A stretch of DNA of 64,000 nucleotides from Tubiluchus corallicola (GCA_030141605.1 JAQGDQ010000327.1:62001-126000); one strand, 5' to 3'. Counted from the stretch's first letter, positions 27,201 to 39,985 are shown. Notes: generated by a model not told the origin, from the letters alone. Numbers and translations: made by a program.

Positions 27201-28742
27201 GATTATTAAAATAGCATTAAATTTCCTACTTCAGTGCACCGGTATGATATATTCGCATTTGTTATGTGTTACACAACACAAGTAGTGTTTAGTAAATAAT
27301 TGTGTTATTTGCTGTTCTAAAATTTTATCAGCAATCAAGTTCGTTCTATTTGAAGCCATCGCGATAACGAAGCTGGTGGCACAGAATTTTGCAAAGAACA
27401 AAATAGCTGAAATAAACAACAAAAACAAATGAAAGCCCAAACTAGAATTCGGCTAGCAAGCGTCAATGCAGTTTTCTAACAACCTACAATTAGAAATGCA
27501 CGAATCAAATGATGTTTCAGAACCAGCCAAAGAACCAAATTTGACGCTTCTTTTTTGTAAGCGAATGTTTGCTCCAGCAGTTAAGAAATAAAGTGACAAG
27601 TTCAACTCTGCATCTGAGAAGATGCAGTCAAGGATGTAGAACTGACAGAAGAAGAAAGGGCCGAGTACGACCAGCTCTTCACCAATGACATGGAAACAAA
27701 GAAGCAAGCAGATGAGACATTGAAGGAACTTAAGAGAAAGCAAGTGTTCTTACAGTTGTGTGGCAAAAGGGATGTCTCAGAAGGGAACTGGATAAGCAAA
27801 CTAAGCATGCCTGATGCATTGTTTGTCTCTGTGGCCTAAAGGATAAATGTACTGTTATCAATGTGGCTTATAAACTAGAATGTAACCTTTGTTATGAGAT
27901 ATATATATAGGTCAAACGAAACGACTTTTTAGGGATCACCTTATGGAACACATTACCTTGCCACGAGAGTTCATATCTGTGTACGCTCTTCGCGCTTGAA
28001 TGGGGGTTATTCCTTAACCAGACGGCTTGAGTTCGCAGGGTTCGTAAGGACTGCACCAACCAATGTAGCGCTGTTGTTCCTCTCCTTAAAGATTATAGCA
28101 GATCGGGAAGCTCTCTGCGTTTCTTCTACTCCTTCAAATGTACTAACTCGGGAAATTGTCAGATTGGCTAATGCGTTTTTTACTGCTGACACCATTATCA
28201 AACTAAGCAAGTATAACATGTGTCGAGGTACTCGGTGACTGCAGTACTCATGATGCGTTTTCAAGATTCAAGTCACAAAATAAAAACAACAGGCAAAGTA
28301 CTTGTGATACCGGGTTTATTTGTTGGTTTTCTGTTCTTTATTTAAACCAGATTTACTTCAACAATTCCCAAACTAGTACTCCTAGCCGAGCGGTGAGGTA
28401 GTAGCACACAGATGATAATAGTTTAGAAATTGAATGAATTGGCCCTAGGTACCTTTACGGGGAGTACTTTCAGACAAAAGATGTAGGTTCGAATCACGAG
28501 TGGAATCTTAAGTGTCGGCTATTTTTGTGTTTAGCAAACAAGGTGTAAACTATTCATGATATGTTTTTACTATTTAAATACTTTTTAAACGTTCACATAA
28601 AGACACACTCCAAAACACATATTTTTTGTGCATAGAAACAATCAAAATTTAAAGGGGGGATATCATGAAAATCAAGTTAAACTTATTTTATAGTTGCCTT
28701 CCCCGTGAACAACTTGGCGAATTTTTTTAGCTGTACGCTGTC

Positions 28743-28917
28743 TAATTAATGAGCAACTTTTTTGTATCTCGCGGGAAATGTCATGAAGCTGCACTTACGC
28801 CTCTCCCCGCGAAAAATTGAACTAGCGTAATTAATGAGCAATTAACTTTTTTGTATCTCGCGGGAAATGTCATGGAGCTGCACTTACGCCTCTCCCCGTG
28901 AAAAATTGAAATAGCGC
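28743..28917. repeat. Two-copy tandem repeat of ~87 bp
   Basis: taattaatgagcaa..ttttttgtatctcgcgggaaatgtcatg.agctgcacttacgcctctccccg.gaaaaattgaa.tagcg occurs twice. Confidence 0.9.
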
Positions 28918-31892
28918 AGCTTTGCTAATGACGTAGCAGAGTGTACCGGTGGTCGTACACAACTAGGCTAAAAATAAAGCTGTTATTACTACAATACAGC
29001 ATTTGACCCTGAGTTGGATAGGTAGCAGCCAGGTGATAGAAACGATTGTCGTTGCCCTCATTCACATGTTTTCATCAAATTCTGCAAAAGCGATATATTT
29101 TACTACGGTCGAAAATTACAAGTCCATTATAGTATATTCTAATAGAGTGTAAACAATCATTGCACAAAAGTAGACTGGCCTACAGCACATTGTGAAAATT
29201 CTTGTGGCATTAATTGAAAACATCGTCAGCAATACAAGCTGCAGATGTGTGGGCCTCGGTAACAAAAGTTCTTTTCTTGTAAAACAACTCCGATAAAGTA
29301 ACTTCATTCTGCTACAAGAATTAATGAATTTGTAAACGCTGAGAAACTCACTGAAGCATGATTATAATGTCAGTGTGACAATTTTTAGTGACAGCTTCAT
29401 TTTATCAGCCTTGACAAGAAATTTGTGGACCCCATGGACACAGAGACTATAACATATTAGCTGTAGTCTTATTGATTAAACATATATGAACATTTTTAAC
29501 TTTGTCGTGTTTCAGTTAGTTAAATCAGTAAGACTTTTAATATCAACCAGAACTTTAACCGTTGTTCATTAGCTTTTGTTTTTACATGATAACAACATGT
29601 TGTGTTTATTTTTACACAGCAGTGTTATTAAAATATTAGGATTAGATAAAATTCTTGTAGTCAATAGGACTGAAATAAAAATTAATCATAATAATACATT
29701 TATTATTAATATAATTATTATCCAGTTTTACAAAATAAAAAACTAACGATATAACGTGGTTCGATGACAAAATAATTATTTATTGTGTTGTTTCAAGCAA
29801 GGTTATTCTGACACTTATTCTATTACAAAGTTGAAAAAAGTATATGTAGTACAAAATAATTTAGTACAATGCTCTTTGTGCTACACAAATTATCAAATAT
29901 ACTGAAATCGTTGTTTATGGTGTAAGGGTTAATAATTTGCAGTTGTCAATTTATGATTTGTAATGTTTTTTCTTTAGTTAATATTCAAAATTCAGGAAAA
30001 AGCATCATAAATAACATTTTAGCGCAAAAAATTCATTACATAATATACATAATACATTCATTACATTCCATAGCTGTTTTTCAATAAGAACAATCACGAT
30101 GACCGAAACCGAGCAAATCACGCATACAATCCACAATAAGCTAATCTTTACCGTGATACTGTCACTAGTTGTAAACTGCGTAAAAGTACTGTATGCTGGC
30201 GCTGCTTGTCGATGTAAGCAAATACTCAAACCAGTGAGGGTAATTTTCGCCACCAGAGGCGCGGGCGCAGGTTCATGCTCAATGGCGGCCTTGTCAAATG
30301 TTCGTTTTGTGTACAATTTCATCCGAACTTTTGCTAAGGATTCTTAAACATGAAATTTTCGTGAAGAATGAGGTTCGTATTTGTATTCGCAAAATAATCG
30401 CGAGTTATTCAAGCTCAACTTAATTTTGGTGATATTCCTCCTTTAATGAAACAAATTTGCGATGATCAAAAGGATATTTTCAAAAATCAATCAGAGTGCC
30501 GCACTCCCTTTTGGTTTAAAATTAAAAATACTTTCAAAGGCAGTCTCTCAGACAACAAGACTATACTTAATCACTAGCGCGTAGCTATTTTTAAATAAAA
30601 CAAACCTATATAATGTTATAACTTTAAACAACAAATTTTCAAATTGTTGCAAAACTTCATAAACGTAGTGTTGTTTACAAGTCATGGGAGAAAAATAAAT
30701 ACGAGGCAAAATCAAACTAAAGATAAACAAATCAAGATCTAATACATTAGGCACTCACTAATTAGCCTTTCCCCGGGAGGTGCACCGAAAAAAACCTGTC
30801 CACACTGAGATGGTTCACTGCCCATTAGCACCTTGCAATGCCACATAGGTCATTGGTGACGTTTCCAGTGAGGTCATTGGTGACGTCACTGGAAATGAAC
30901 TCTGCACTGTTTAGTAGTTGAGGTAGGTGAGGTACCATCGAGAATGGTTTAGCTTCCTCAGAGGCTTGCGTCAGGTAAATTTATGCGGTGATATTCAGTC
31001 CAACCTTCCACGTGAACAGTAGTAACACCATAAACGGATTAAGCAATCTGTCTCAAGTATCCATTTGGCTGTAAATTCCGATAGTGCACAAAATGCATCA
31101 AAGCATATCTGGACTGTACGAAAGCGTTGCTTTAACCGTAATCACAGTTCTAAAAATGCTAAATGCCAAATTCTAGCAAATTACATAGTCCACAGGTAAA
31201 ACGTACAGAGCAAACGTCTTTACAACATAGCGAGAAACATGCTGACTGAAGCCGTCGACATAAAACTAGGACGACAACCTAGTTTCCAACTTATGCACTT
31301 GTTGAAGGACATGTGTGTGGCTTTCCTATCCCGCAGTACTTACAGTACCTATTCATAATGCTAGCTAAACACTCATCTGTAGTAAACTGTTAATCAAAAC
31401 TGAAACACGTAAAATTCAAACAAAGTTACATTACGGCATTGTGTTAATCTAGCTGCAAGTGTCATATTAGTACCTGTTCGTATTACAGTTTTTGCATCTT
31501 TCAAGATCTAGGCTATAATTGGTTGTAAGTATGTTTGTCAGATGAATTTTCATTTTATTTTCCTGAATACCTGTTCGTAACAGTACTGTTACAGAAAGTA
31601 CAAACTACACTTTGTTCAGTGCACTTTTTAAAATCCACATCTATTAGAGCATACAAGAATTGTATCTTCGAAAACGATCTCCACGAGGCCACAGAAAAAC
31701 AGTCAGGTAGCATACAAGAACTATATCCCCTTAAGTGATCTTCACGGGGCCACAGGAAAAAGGCGTGTACAAACTTACCTGCTAAGAGGAGGACTTAAGA
31801 GCTCTACTTTTTGAAGAATTAACTAAGATGAATTGAAAACCCAGGCAGATGGTTAACGGCGGCGATGAAAGGAATCTGTGATTCCGGTGGCT

Positions 31893-32030
31893 CTGGTGCA
31901 GCAGTTAGGGTTTGTGCTGTTGCTGATCTAAGGTTACAGGTTCAGATCCGCTGGGGCCGCTTAGGACTAGTGCCTCCCATGCTGGCCACCAGTGTAACAC
32001 TGATCGGAGGGTGCTGATTCGCTCCGTCAC
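31893..32030 (+). mobile_element. Probable tRNA-derived SINE (degenerate)
   Basis: A-box-like tggtgcagcagttagg and B-box-like ggttcagatcc at tRNA-like spacing in a GC-rich block. Confidence 0.45.
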
Positions 32031-33126
32031 GACATTTTTGTTCCAAAAACATCGAAATGTATAAAACGAAGTGAAGCATTTAAGTAATTCGCCAGATGTC
32101 TAAACCATTGAGTTCCATGCTTGTTGTCATTAGGGAACAGGTGCTGATATGGAATATGCACCTGCCTGTTAGTCCACAGAACCGAAGCGATACTCTTTGG
32201 TATTGAAGCTGGTTTTAATGCCACCATGCAATCGCTTCATGCGGACGAGTCCTTCACAATGTTCAGGGGGGGGGGGTCTAAAATTTGTCATTTCACCGCT
32301 GTATCAATATTTTAGATGGCTATATAATAATATCTCATGTCACTATTGTTCAGCTAATAAACCACAGGCACTTATTTAAGAGACTTGGTTGATGTAATAC
32401 TGGCTTTTAACACGCTTTGAATACACTACAAACAGTTATATCTAGTCTTTTATCCCTGGTCTAGTATTTCTAGTAGTGCGCCACAAAGAGTTGGCTGGAA
32501 TAAATGTTTAAAAATGGTGCATACAGTTTTTGCATCTTTCAAGATCTAGGCTATGATTAATTGCAAGTATGTTTGTCAGATGAATTTTCGTTTTGTTCAG
32601 AGGAAACTGAATAATTAGTAACTGCAATGTTTTTAATTTAATACAGCTTCTTTATGAATTTTGCATCTTGTATTTTATTGATACTGGATAGCTTCATTTT
32701 ATATGTACTTTTTATTATACCTGTAATTTTTATTATTGTATCCTTCTGTACAACTGATGAAGTTCGTGAGGAACAAAAACTTCTGAAGAAAAAATAAAAA
32801 AATAAGATTTAAGGGGCATTTCGACTTCTTTTACCGGTAAAAGTAATTAAAGTGCTTAAAAATGGGGAATGTCAAAAATAGCCTATTCACTGCGGTTCGT
32901 GTTAATTTACTTGAAGTGAATTATAGCTAGTTGGGCGCCTTGAACATGGCGGTTGAAATAGTCGATCTTTATAGCTTTATTAAGAATAAACGCTATAATT
33001 TCAGTCAAATCTGTCTATTCAGTTTATTCTTAGTAAAATAGTACAAACAAAAACTTTTCTAATTTCTTTTCGATTTGCAGGGTGTCCAACTAAAAAGATT
33101 TTTAGAGAAAATTTGTAATATCATAC

Positions 33127-33278
33127 CTGATGACAGTAAACAGCAGCAGAAACAATTTGACCGAATAATTTCTGGGCGTGACACTCCTCCAATCGGTGTC
33201 GTCTTCGGACGTATTCATAAAGGTCTCCCCCGTTAGCATACTCCATTACAATTATTATCTTCAGTTTACTTTCAAAAA
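33127..33278 (-). CDS. NUAK: NUAK-family kinase exon (subdomains V-VIa)
   Basis: attgcAG / GTatga; 152 bp; phase matches previous exon; encodes (V)FESKLKIIIVMEYANGGDLYEYVRRRHRLEECHAQKLFGQIVSAAVYCHQ. Not in the supplied ORF track. Confidence 0.93.
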
Positions 33279-34084
33279 CTGCAATATGCCAGAAAACCAA
33301 TAATTAGGGCAGTCAAAACCATTGTAAATTTGGATATTTTTAACAAAGAAATGAAATACATGTAAAGAGGTAAATGACTTTCAGTCGGTTACATGCTTGC
33401 AAAATAAAGGATCTTATCAACACACCATTATATATCAAAAATACAGAGACATGGGAGGTTGCGGGTGACAGGGTAGCATGGAGAAAAGTGATCAGGAGGA
33501 TCATGTCAAACGACGTGTGACTCCATGATGATGCTGATGATGATGTACATGTTCTTTAAAAAAAGAAATGGCAGAATTGCACGTGTTTTTAACTTTTTTT
33601 GTTTGATGTCAACTTTTAGTTTTAAGAACTATTAGGTATTGCAAAATAAAAGATGTCTATATGGTACCGAAAACGCGGGAAGCAAAAGTTTTTGCTGACC
33701 TAGAGTGATCTAAGCTACTCGCGACTAGAGTAGAATCAGTATATTCAACTGCCGATTTTTGGCGTATGATAATTCGTTTCACTACTACATATTGTACTCG
33801 ATCGGTAACGCTGAAGTAGAGTCAACTATTAGTGAATTTCTTCTGAATTCTACCAAAACTTCTGCTCCTTCTAATGTAGGCTGCTCAGGTATGGGCATAG
33901 TCTTTGGCTCTGAAGCCAGTGATTGTAGGCCTGGTGCCTCATCTAAGCATGTTTCTTCTGATTCAGAATCAACGTCAAAGAAGGATTGCATATATCTTAG
34001 AAGTCCAGCTATGAATGTAAAGAAACATCTTCTTAGTCCAGTCATATTGTGTCGTAATCCACTATTTGTAATGAAGCCAATCAG

Positions 34085-34102
34085 ATCCCGGACGAGCCCC
34101 CA
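34085..34102 (-). promoter_or_regulatory. Primer-binding site complementary to the tRNA-Pro 3' end
   Basis: Exact TGGGGGCTCGTCCGGGAT, the same sequence as the MLV PBS-Pro. Confidence 0.9.
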
Positions 34103-34329
34103 AAAATTTGTAACGCGGCTAGGGGTTCACGTACCAGAAAGGTGTGCAGAAGATGGTACTTTGCACCAATGGCTTTGGTTCATCTGACTGTTAACCCCAA
34201 GGCACACTTCAGCACAAATTAGTTCTTGAAGTTTATAACAGGAAAACTGACATTGGAGAAATGTTGGCTTTGATAGACAATTTTGAATTATTTATTTAAT
34301 TGCTTTATTATGGTTCAGGGCTTATATAA

Positions 34330-34469
34330 TTAGCAGCTCTTGAGATAACAGAGCTTGTTAGCAACTCTTGTGTTAACAGAGTTTGTTAGCAACTCTTGTG
34401 TTAGCAGAGTTTGTTAGCAACTCTTGTGGTAGCAGAGTTTGTAATCACGCCTTGTGATAGCAGAGTTTG
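34330..34469. repeat. 5 x 28-bp tandem repeat inside the LTR
   Basis: Consensus ttagcaactcttgtgttagcagagtttg; units 1-4 contain the inverted pair aRctct/agagYt. Confidence 0.92.
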
Positions 34470-34809
34470 TTATCAGCGAATCCCTCTTCCTCTGGTTCTG
34501 TCCTCCTTAAATACTACTCTGGACAGATGACATGACCCACCTACACACTGCTGATTGGTTATTGTCTTGTTAACACGGGCGGATCACGTGCATAGACCTT
34601 AATAGGCAGTATACTGAATCATGCGCTCAGCTCTACAGGCTCTTGATTGGTTGTTGGCGTAGTTGTTTTCACATCCGGGTCCTTCTCATGAAAACTTCCT
34701 TTGATGCACGTGTGTTTACGTCGCCGGTAAAGCGTAGTGTAATTATTGTCATCAATTAGTTTAATTTAATGCTTTTATTATAGGCACCGCATACCTATGC
34801 CACAGTAGC

Positions 34810-36050
34810 TTGTGCTTGCCGTATCAATTATACTACAGTAGTGAGTCTGCTAATAGTGATTCTCGATATTCAACCGTAAATCCCATTATTTCTACTTTCA
34901 ACCAAGCCAGTGTAGAATCTGCAAGTTGTGATGTTCTGTGAGATTTTATGAATCCAAGTATATCATCTTAACCGTTTACGCAAGTAAAGTAAAGTCTGAT
35001 GCCAGTGATACTAGTTTTCTTCGTGACAGTGATAACATCAACATTTCTGGTGCTGTCCCAAACTTACTATCAAGTTTTAGCAAACTAGAATAGACTGATT
35101 GCAACTAACAATTCTTTTTTAGCTTGAAAGAGAATTTGCATTATTGTGTGTCTACTAAAATTATGGAAACCAGAGATTTTGTTTAGGAAACGACTACATA
35201 ATTAAAGTTGTTGGAAAATTGAGAAAACTAGTCGACACTAAAATATTAATATTAATCTGCGATGGCTGCTAAAAATGAAAAGGCGGGCAGTGAGATCCTG
35301 AATCGAACTAGCAATTTGTGGAATATAAGCTCAGGTGTTTTAGATCAAACAGAGTATGAACCTGAAAGTAATAGTTATGAGTGGCCAAGTTATGTTTTGT
35401 TAGCTAACAACAGACTTGATACTGCAGAAAATGATGTTAATAGTTTTATTGAACGAATGCTAAGTAAAATGATGAATCCATATTTTCAAAGATCCTTATC
35501 ATTGAGTACATTAAGTGAATTTTCTGGTTCCCTCGAGTACCTGACCCGTAAATATTTGAACAGGGTAGGTGAGCTTTTTAGAGCCCTAAAATCTAAAATT
35601 ATGTGGCTGCTCTGAGGCCATAGATAACTTAAAGGAAAAACAAAGCCAAACTCTTGTCTACCTTAAACGCTTGGCTCGAGATATTGAGCAAAAACTTGAA
35701 AGATAAGCTTAAATTCAGTGAAATGCAACATGCTGTGTCACTATCACCAACTACTGAGTTTAACGATGTGAAAAATCTTGCATCATCCAGCACAACTTTT
35801 TCAGACATGGCAAGTGAATCGTGTGAAACTGAAGTTGCAAAAAATAAACTAAATAGTAATTTAGCACTAAAAGTAGAACCAAACGAAACTAACACTAAAC
35901 ATGAGCTACCAGTTTCAAATTTAGAAGGTCAAGGTCTTTTTGGTTACCCCCATAAAACTGAATGCTCTCTAGCTTTTCAACTTCCATTCAAGGTCTAAGT
36001 GTACCAAACCCCCAAACATGGTGGGTAAGAACCTAGGGTGGAGCTCTTGA
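34810..36050 (+). pseudogene. Unidentified decayed ORF, possibly retroelement gag-like
   Basis: Successive plus-strand ORFs 35262-35615 and 35654-35998 with protein-like composition, separated by stops; no diagnostic motif recognised. Confidence 0.3.
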
Positions 36051-39000
36051 GAACCATAATGTGTTTTCATCTAGTTCAATTTCGTACAGTGCAGTACAAA
36101 TGCTGTTAATGTTTCATCCAGGCAGATTTGAAATTAGTCGCAACGCGCATGCGCAGTTTAAAAGCAACATCGTCTCTCTATCTCTCTGGAAAACTGCAAC
36201 GGTGCTCTCTCTTTCTCTCTTCATGACTGCTACGCTGCTACAATAGTTACTCTCCCCCCTCTCTTTCTCTCTCGCAACCACTGCTACACTGCTACGGTGG
36301 TACAAGAATTACCGCAAAATCACTATATCATACTTTTACACCTCCATCCCTCTCTCTAATGCTGCTACAAATGCAACACTGTAAGTATTCCTATTATCAT
36401 GAACAGCTGAGATGTGAAGAGTTACAACAGCGAAGTTATGAACGTAGTTTATATGCTGTACCTGTGGTCTCTTTCCCCGTCGCCCTTGTAACTTTTGTAA
36501 GTTTGTGCGCGTGTGCATGTGCGTGCGCGTGTTTCACTTGCTTTATCTCTGCCTTTTCTTTTTACATATAAAACAAAGCACGAATAAATGAATAAAAAAT
36601 AATTCTCTAACCGTTCATCTCGTTATACAAACATCATAAGACTTCGACATTTTTCTCTGATGTTTACACTAACTGTATTAAAGTGTAGTTTAAAGAATCC
36701 AGGTAATAAAGTCACAGCTAACCCTGCGAATTCAAGTGAATCAGTTGCTTCGTTGAAGAAAGGTATAAATGTAAAAAGTAAAAAAGTACGAAAACACCCA
36801 CCACGCACATAGTTTAGTGGCGAAGTTATTTCAAAGCAATCATTGATTGATATGTAGTTCTAAAGGCTAGTTTCTAACCGACAGTTTAAAAGGCTATGTA
36901 CACTGAATTTATTTCTTTAAGATTGTTTGAAACCTTTATATGTGACAAGTGTGCATCTTCCTTGCTCTCTTTTTATTTCATATTAAAATATAACACCCAC
37001 TGTAATATCACATTAACTGAAACTCAAATTACTATTGCTTTTAAAGGAACAATTTTCTGTCTGGTTGCTAGGTTTTTCGTTTCTTTTTTAAAAAAATGTT
37101 ACCTTGGAAATAAGCCGAAACGGTTTTAATTGTGGCTAATACCTGGCTATATTATGGCGCTTAGGCTTTTGTATTCAATTATACTTAAGTGAATTTTGAT
37201 GAATGTAAAATTGTATAGGTGAAGCGTGTTTCCACACTTGCGACAAACAACAAACTTGTAATTGATCTTACTCAAGTGAAACCATTATGCCCCGAGAATG
37301 ACCAATGTTTCGGATACAAAATGAAGAAGAAAAAGCAAACGTATTCTGGTTGACAAGAAGATTACTAATAAATTTGATTTATTATTATGCATGAATAAAA
37401 ATCCAAAATAATAATATCGCAAAAAATGCATTACATGTGTTGTAAGTTTACTCCGTGGAGGTAATCACAGTAATGTAAAGACGATTAGATTATTATGTAT
37501 ACCTTTATTACATCAACTTTATATAATATATAAAAGATTAATTTTCACTGAAAACCCAATGACAGAAGACGACACACTTAAATGATCAATATTGCAATAA
37601 TAGTTTTGTATAATAATTATTAATAGTGGTAATATCGATAATGGTTAATGAATATATTGCTAAGCAGAGTAAATATGTACATAAATATTGTTTGTATTTC
37701 TTCTGAAGATTAATATAAGCTTTGTAAAACCTACTGTAATTGTAACATATCACTATGTACTGAACACTACTTATCATCACGTGAGAAAAATTTCAAGACA
37801 GTTATCCACTCAATTTTCTTTAAATGGGCGACCTAGCAAAAAACCTTGGCTGGTATTAACAAAGTAAATTGATTAAAGCAATTGATTGTTAGACGTATCT
37901 CCTATGGTACTATAATGATGGAAAGAATGGCTTTTAGGATTGTGTTTTACTCACTATTTTACATGTTGTGTTTGGCTTCCCAGTCCAGAATTTGTTTGTG
38001 AATAAGTTGGCTGTTGTAAGTGTGGTATTCAGTTTGGTCCAATTCCAATTTGACGCATGCATCTTGCGCCAAATCTGCTGGTGACGTAAGAACATAAAAA
38101 TGTAATCAGATATCACGTTATCCGTAAAGAATCCGTAGTGATTCACCTGAATTTCAAGATAGAAAGAAATTCAAAATTTCTTTTAATTAAGGGAAAACGC
38201 ATTTCGCTTCCATCATGGCTCAGCAGGCAGTAGCGACATCAACTGTAATAGTAAGGTGTGGACTAGCCTTTAGCAAGCCCACAACAAATCCGATACCAGG
38301 GCTATAACACCTGGGTTGGTAGGGCTTGCCTGTGAAAGATTAATGCTGGCACTTGTGTCAAGCACACTGCTAATTCAAGTGAATTTTCACTGCAGACCCA
38401 ACACAAGGTTTATTGAGCTTAAGTATGGGGTTCTTTGGCGAAAAACGTCGGAAGTCGATTCTCCGTAAATTTTCACATAATCTGTGCTGTACAACAGAAG
38501 AAAAAATGCAGTAAATCCGATTACGACAATTTTCTTCGTAGCGAGAACAAAAACAAATGTTGCAAGACAATTTTATTTCACTTTATCTTCAGATAAATCA
38601 GCAGCTTGATCAAATTCAAGAACAAAGGGTAATCTAGCATCTGATAAGCAACAACAATGTTGACAACTCGAACTTCTAAAAGAAGAATTTTAACACCTTA
38701 CAGTGTCTGATTAACTTACGCAACCAAACACTGGTCAGTGGTCAAAGTCGCTCTGTTCACATAGTAACCAACGGACAAGGCTTTGCCGCGAAGATATAAA
38801 TAGGATCTCGAAAGACTAACGCAACAACAATAAACAGCAATTATCGAGAAAAAAACTAATTAAAACAGCACGAAATTCGACTGCAATTAGTACATATGAG
38901 GTGAAACAGTTTAATCAGCGTCCACTTCTGCTTCTGCACCGTCTGCTTACAAATGAGTATAACAAAATGAACAAGGAATTAACATATCTAATTATCAAAC

Positions 39001-39943
39001 AGTAATTGTTTAGGTGTAATTGTAAAATGTTTGTTCTGCCATTTATCCCACGGGGTCAATGCTAGAACAAATGGAAATTTGCAATCATTCACAGAACAAT
39101 TATCCATTTTTAAAGTTTAAAACGGATTCAAGAAAAAAATTCAAAATTTCTTTTAATTAAGAAAAACACATTTCGCTTCCAATATCGCCATTTTAAACAA
39201 AATCAGGAAAAAACAATATATTCGGCATTAAAAAACATACATTCGCCTCTCGACCTCTCCTTAAAGAAGAGTGATTTTTCACAAAATCACGACAACAATA
39301 ATGATGACATGAAGAAGTCAATATACAGCAAAGAAACAACGTTCAATTGTTGGTTCATCAGCTGCAAAAACAGAATTGTTTACATTTGGAAACATGCTTA
39401 TTAAGCTAAGTAAATTACATAATTCGAGTAAAATAAAACATCTAGTCACAAATCATTTTCTTACTTGACATGTACAGGTAGTCGCAACTCGATTCTTAAG
39501 TACAAATTTGAATGTCACAAAAAATACTTGCTGGAATTACAAATATTGTTTCGCGTAAGTAATGTTATGAGTGCATCTAAACTCGAGCATTTCTCTGTTT
39601 GTAAACTGAAGGGTGAAGAAAGAAAATAAAAGGTCTAGCACCTCATTTTCTCAAGTCTCGGAATTGCGTATTCGACGTGAAGCAGGCTCTTCGTAAATGA
39701 AGTTTCCATAATGGGTAGTAAGTTGTCTTGTTCTGCGAGGGTAAGGTCAGGAACGACTGGACGGCAACTGCACGTCAACGGCTGCATTGGCTTCCAAAAA
39801 GGTTAGTGGTGTGCTACAGTGTGTCGTAGCAGCCAGGTCGCTTGACGTAACAAAACAACAGGATTAATGGAAGTTAAAGAAGGAACAGGCTCGGATAACA
39901 CATATTGTGATGTTACATTATGGCCTGGTTGAAGCGACTTTGG

Positions 39944-39947
<4 letters not shown>

Positions 39948-39985
<38 letters not shown>

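Larger units (their letters stand above)
33760..34804 (-). mobile_element. 3'-truncated LTR retrotransposon: 5' LTR (34109-34804), tRNA-Pro PBS and start of a gag-like region
   Basis: On the minus strand the LTR runs TGTGGC...GTTACA with a TATA-like tatttaagg and AATAAA. It is followed 6 nt later by TGGGGGCTCGTCCGGGAT (34085-34102), the canonical 18-nt tRNA-Pro PBS. The LTR 5' boundary is inferred. Confidence 0.8.

Noticed and set aside
28020-28130. CARD/death-fold-like peptide (SLRRGTTALHWLVQSLR) on the minus strand
   Set aside because: The frame is full of stops upstream and the match is too short.
32754-32785. Penelope-type hammerhead ribozyme (CTGATGA + stem gttc/gaac)
   Set aside because: The required GAAA core reads AAAA and no stem III or cleavage triplet is evident; at best a dead remnant.
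34330-34469. CRISPR array (28-bp palindromic repeats)
   Set aside because: Units are contiguous with no unique spacers, there are no cas genes, and the context is a eukaryotic LTR.
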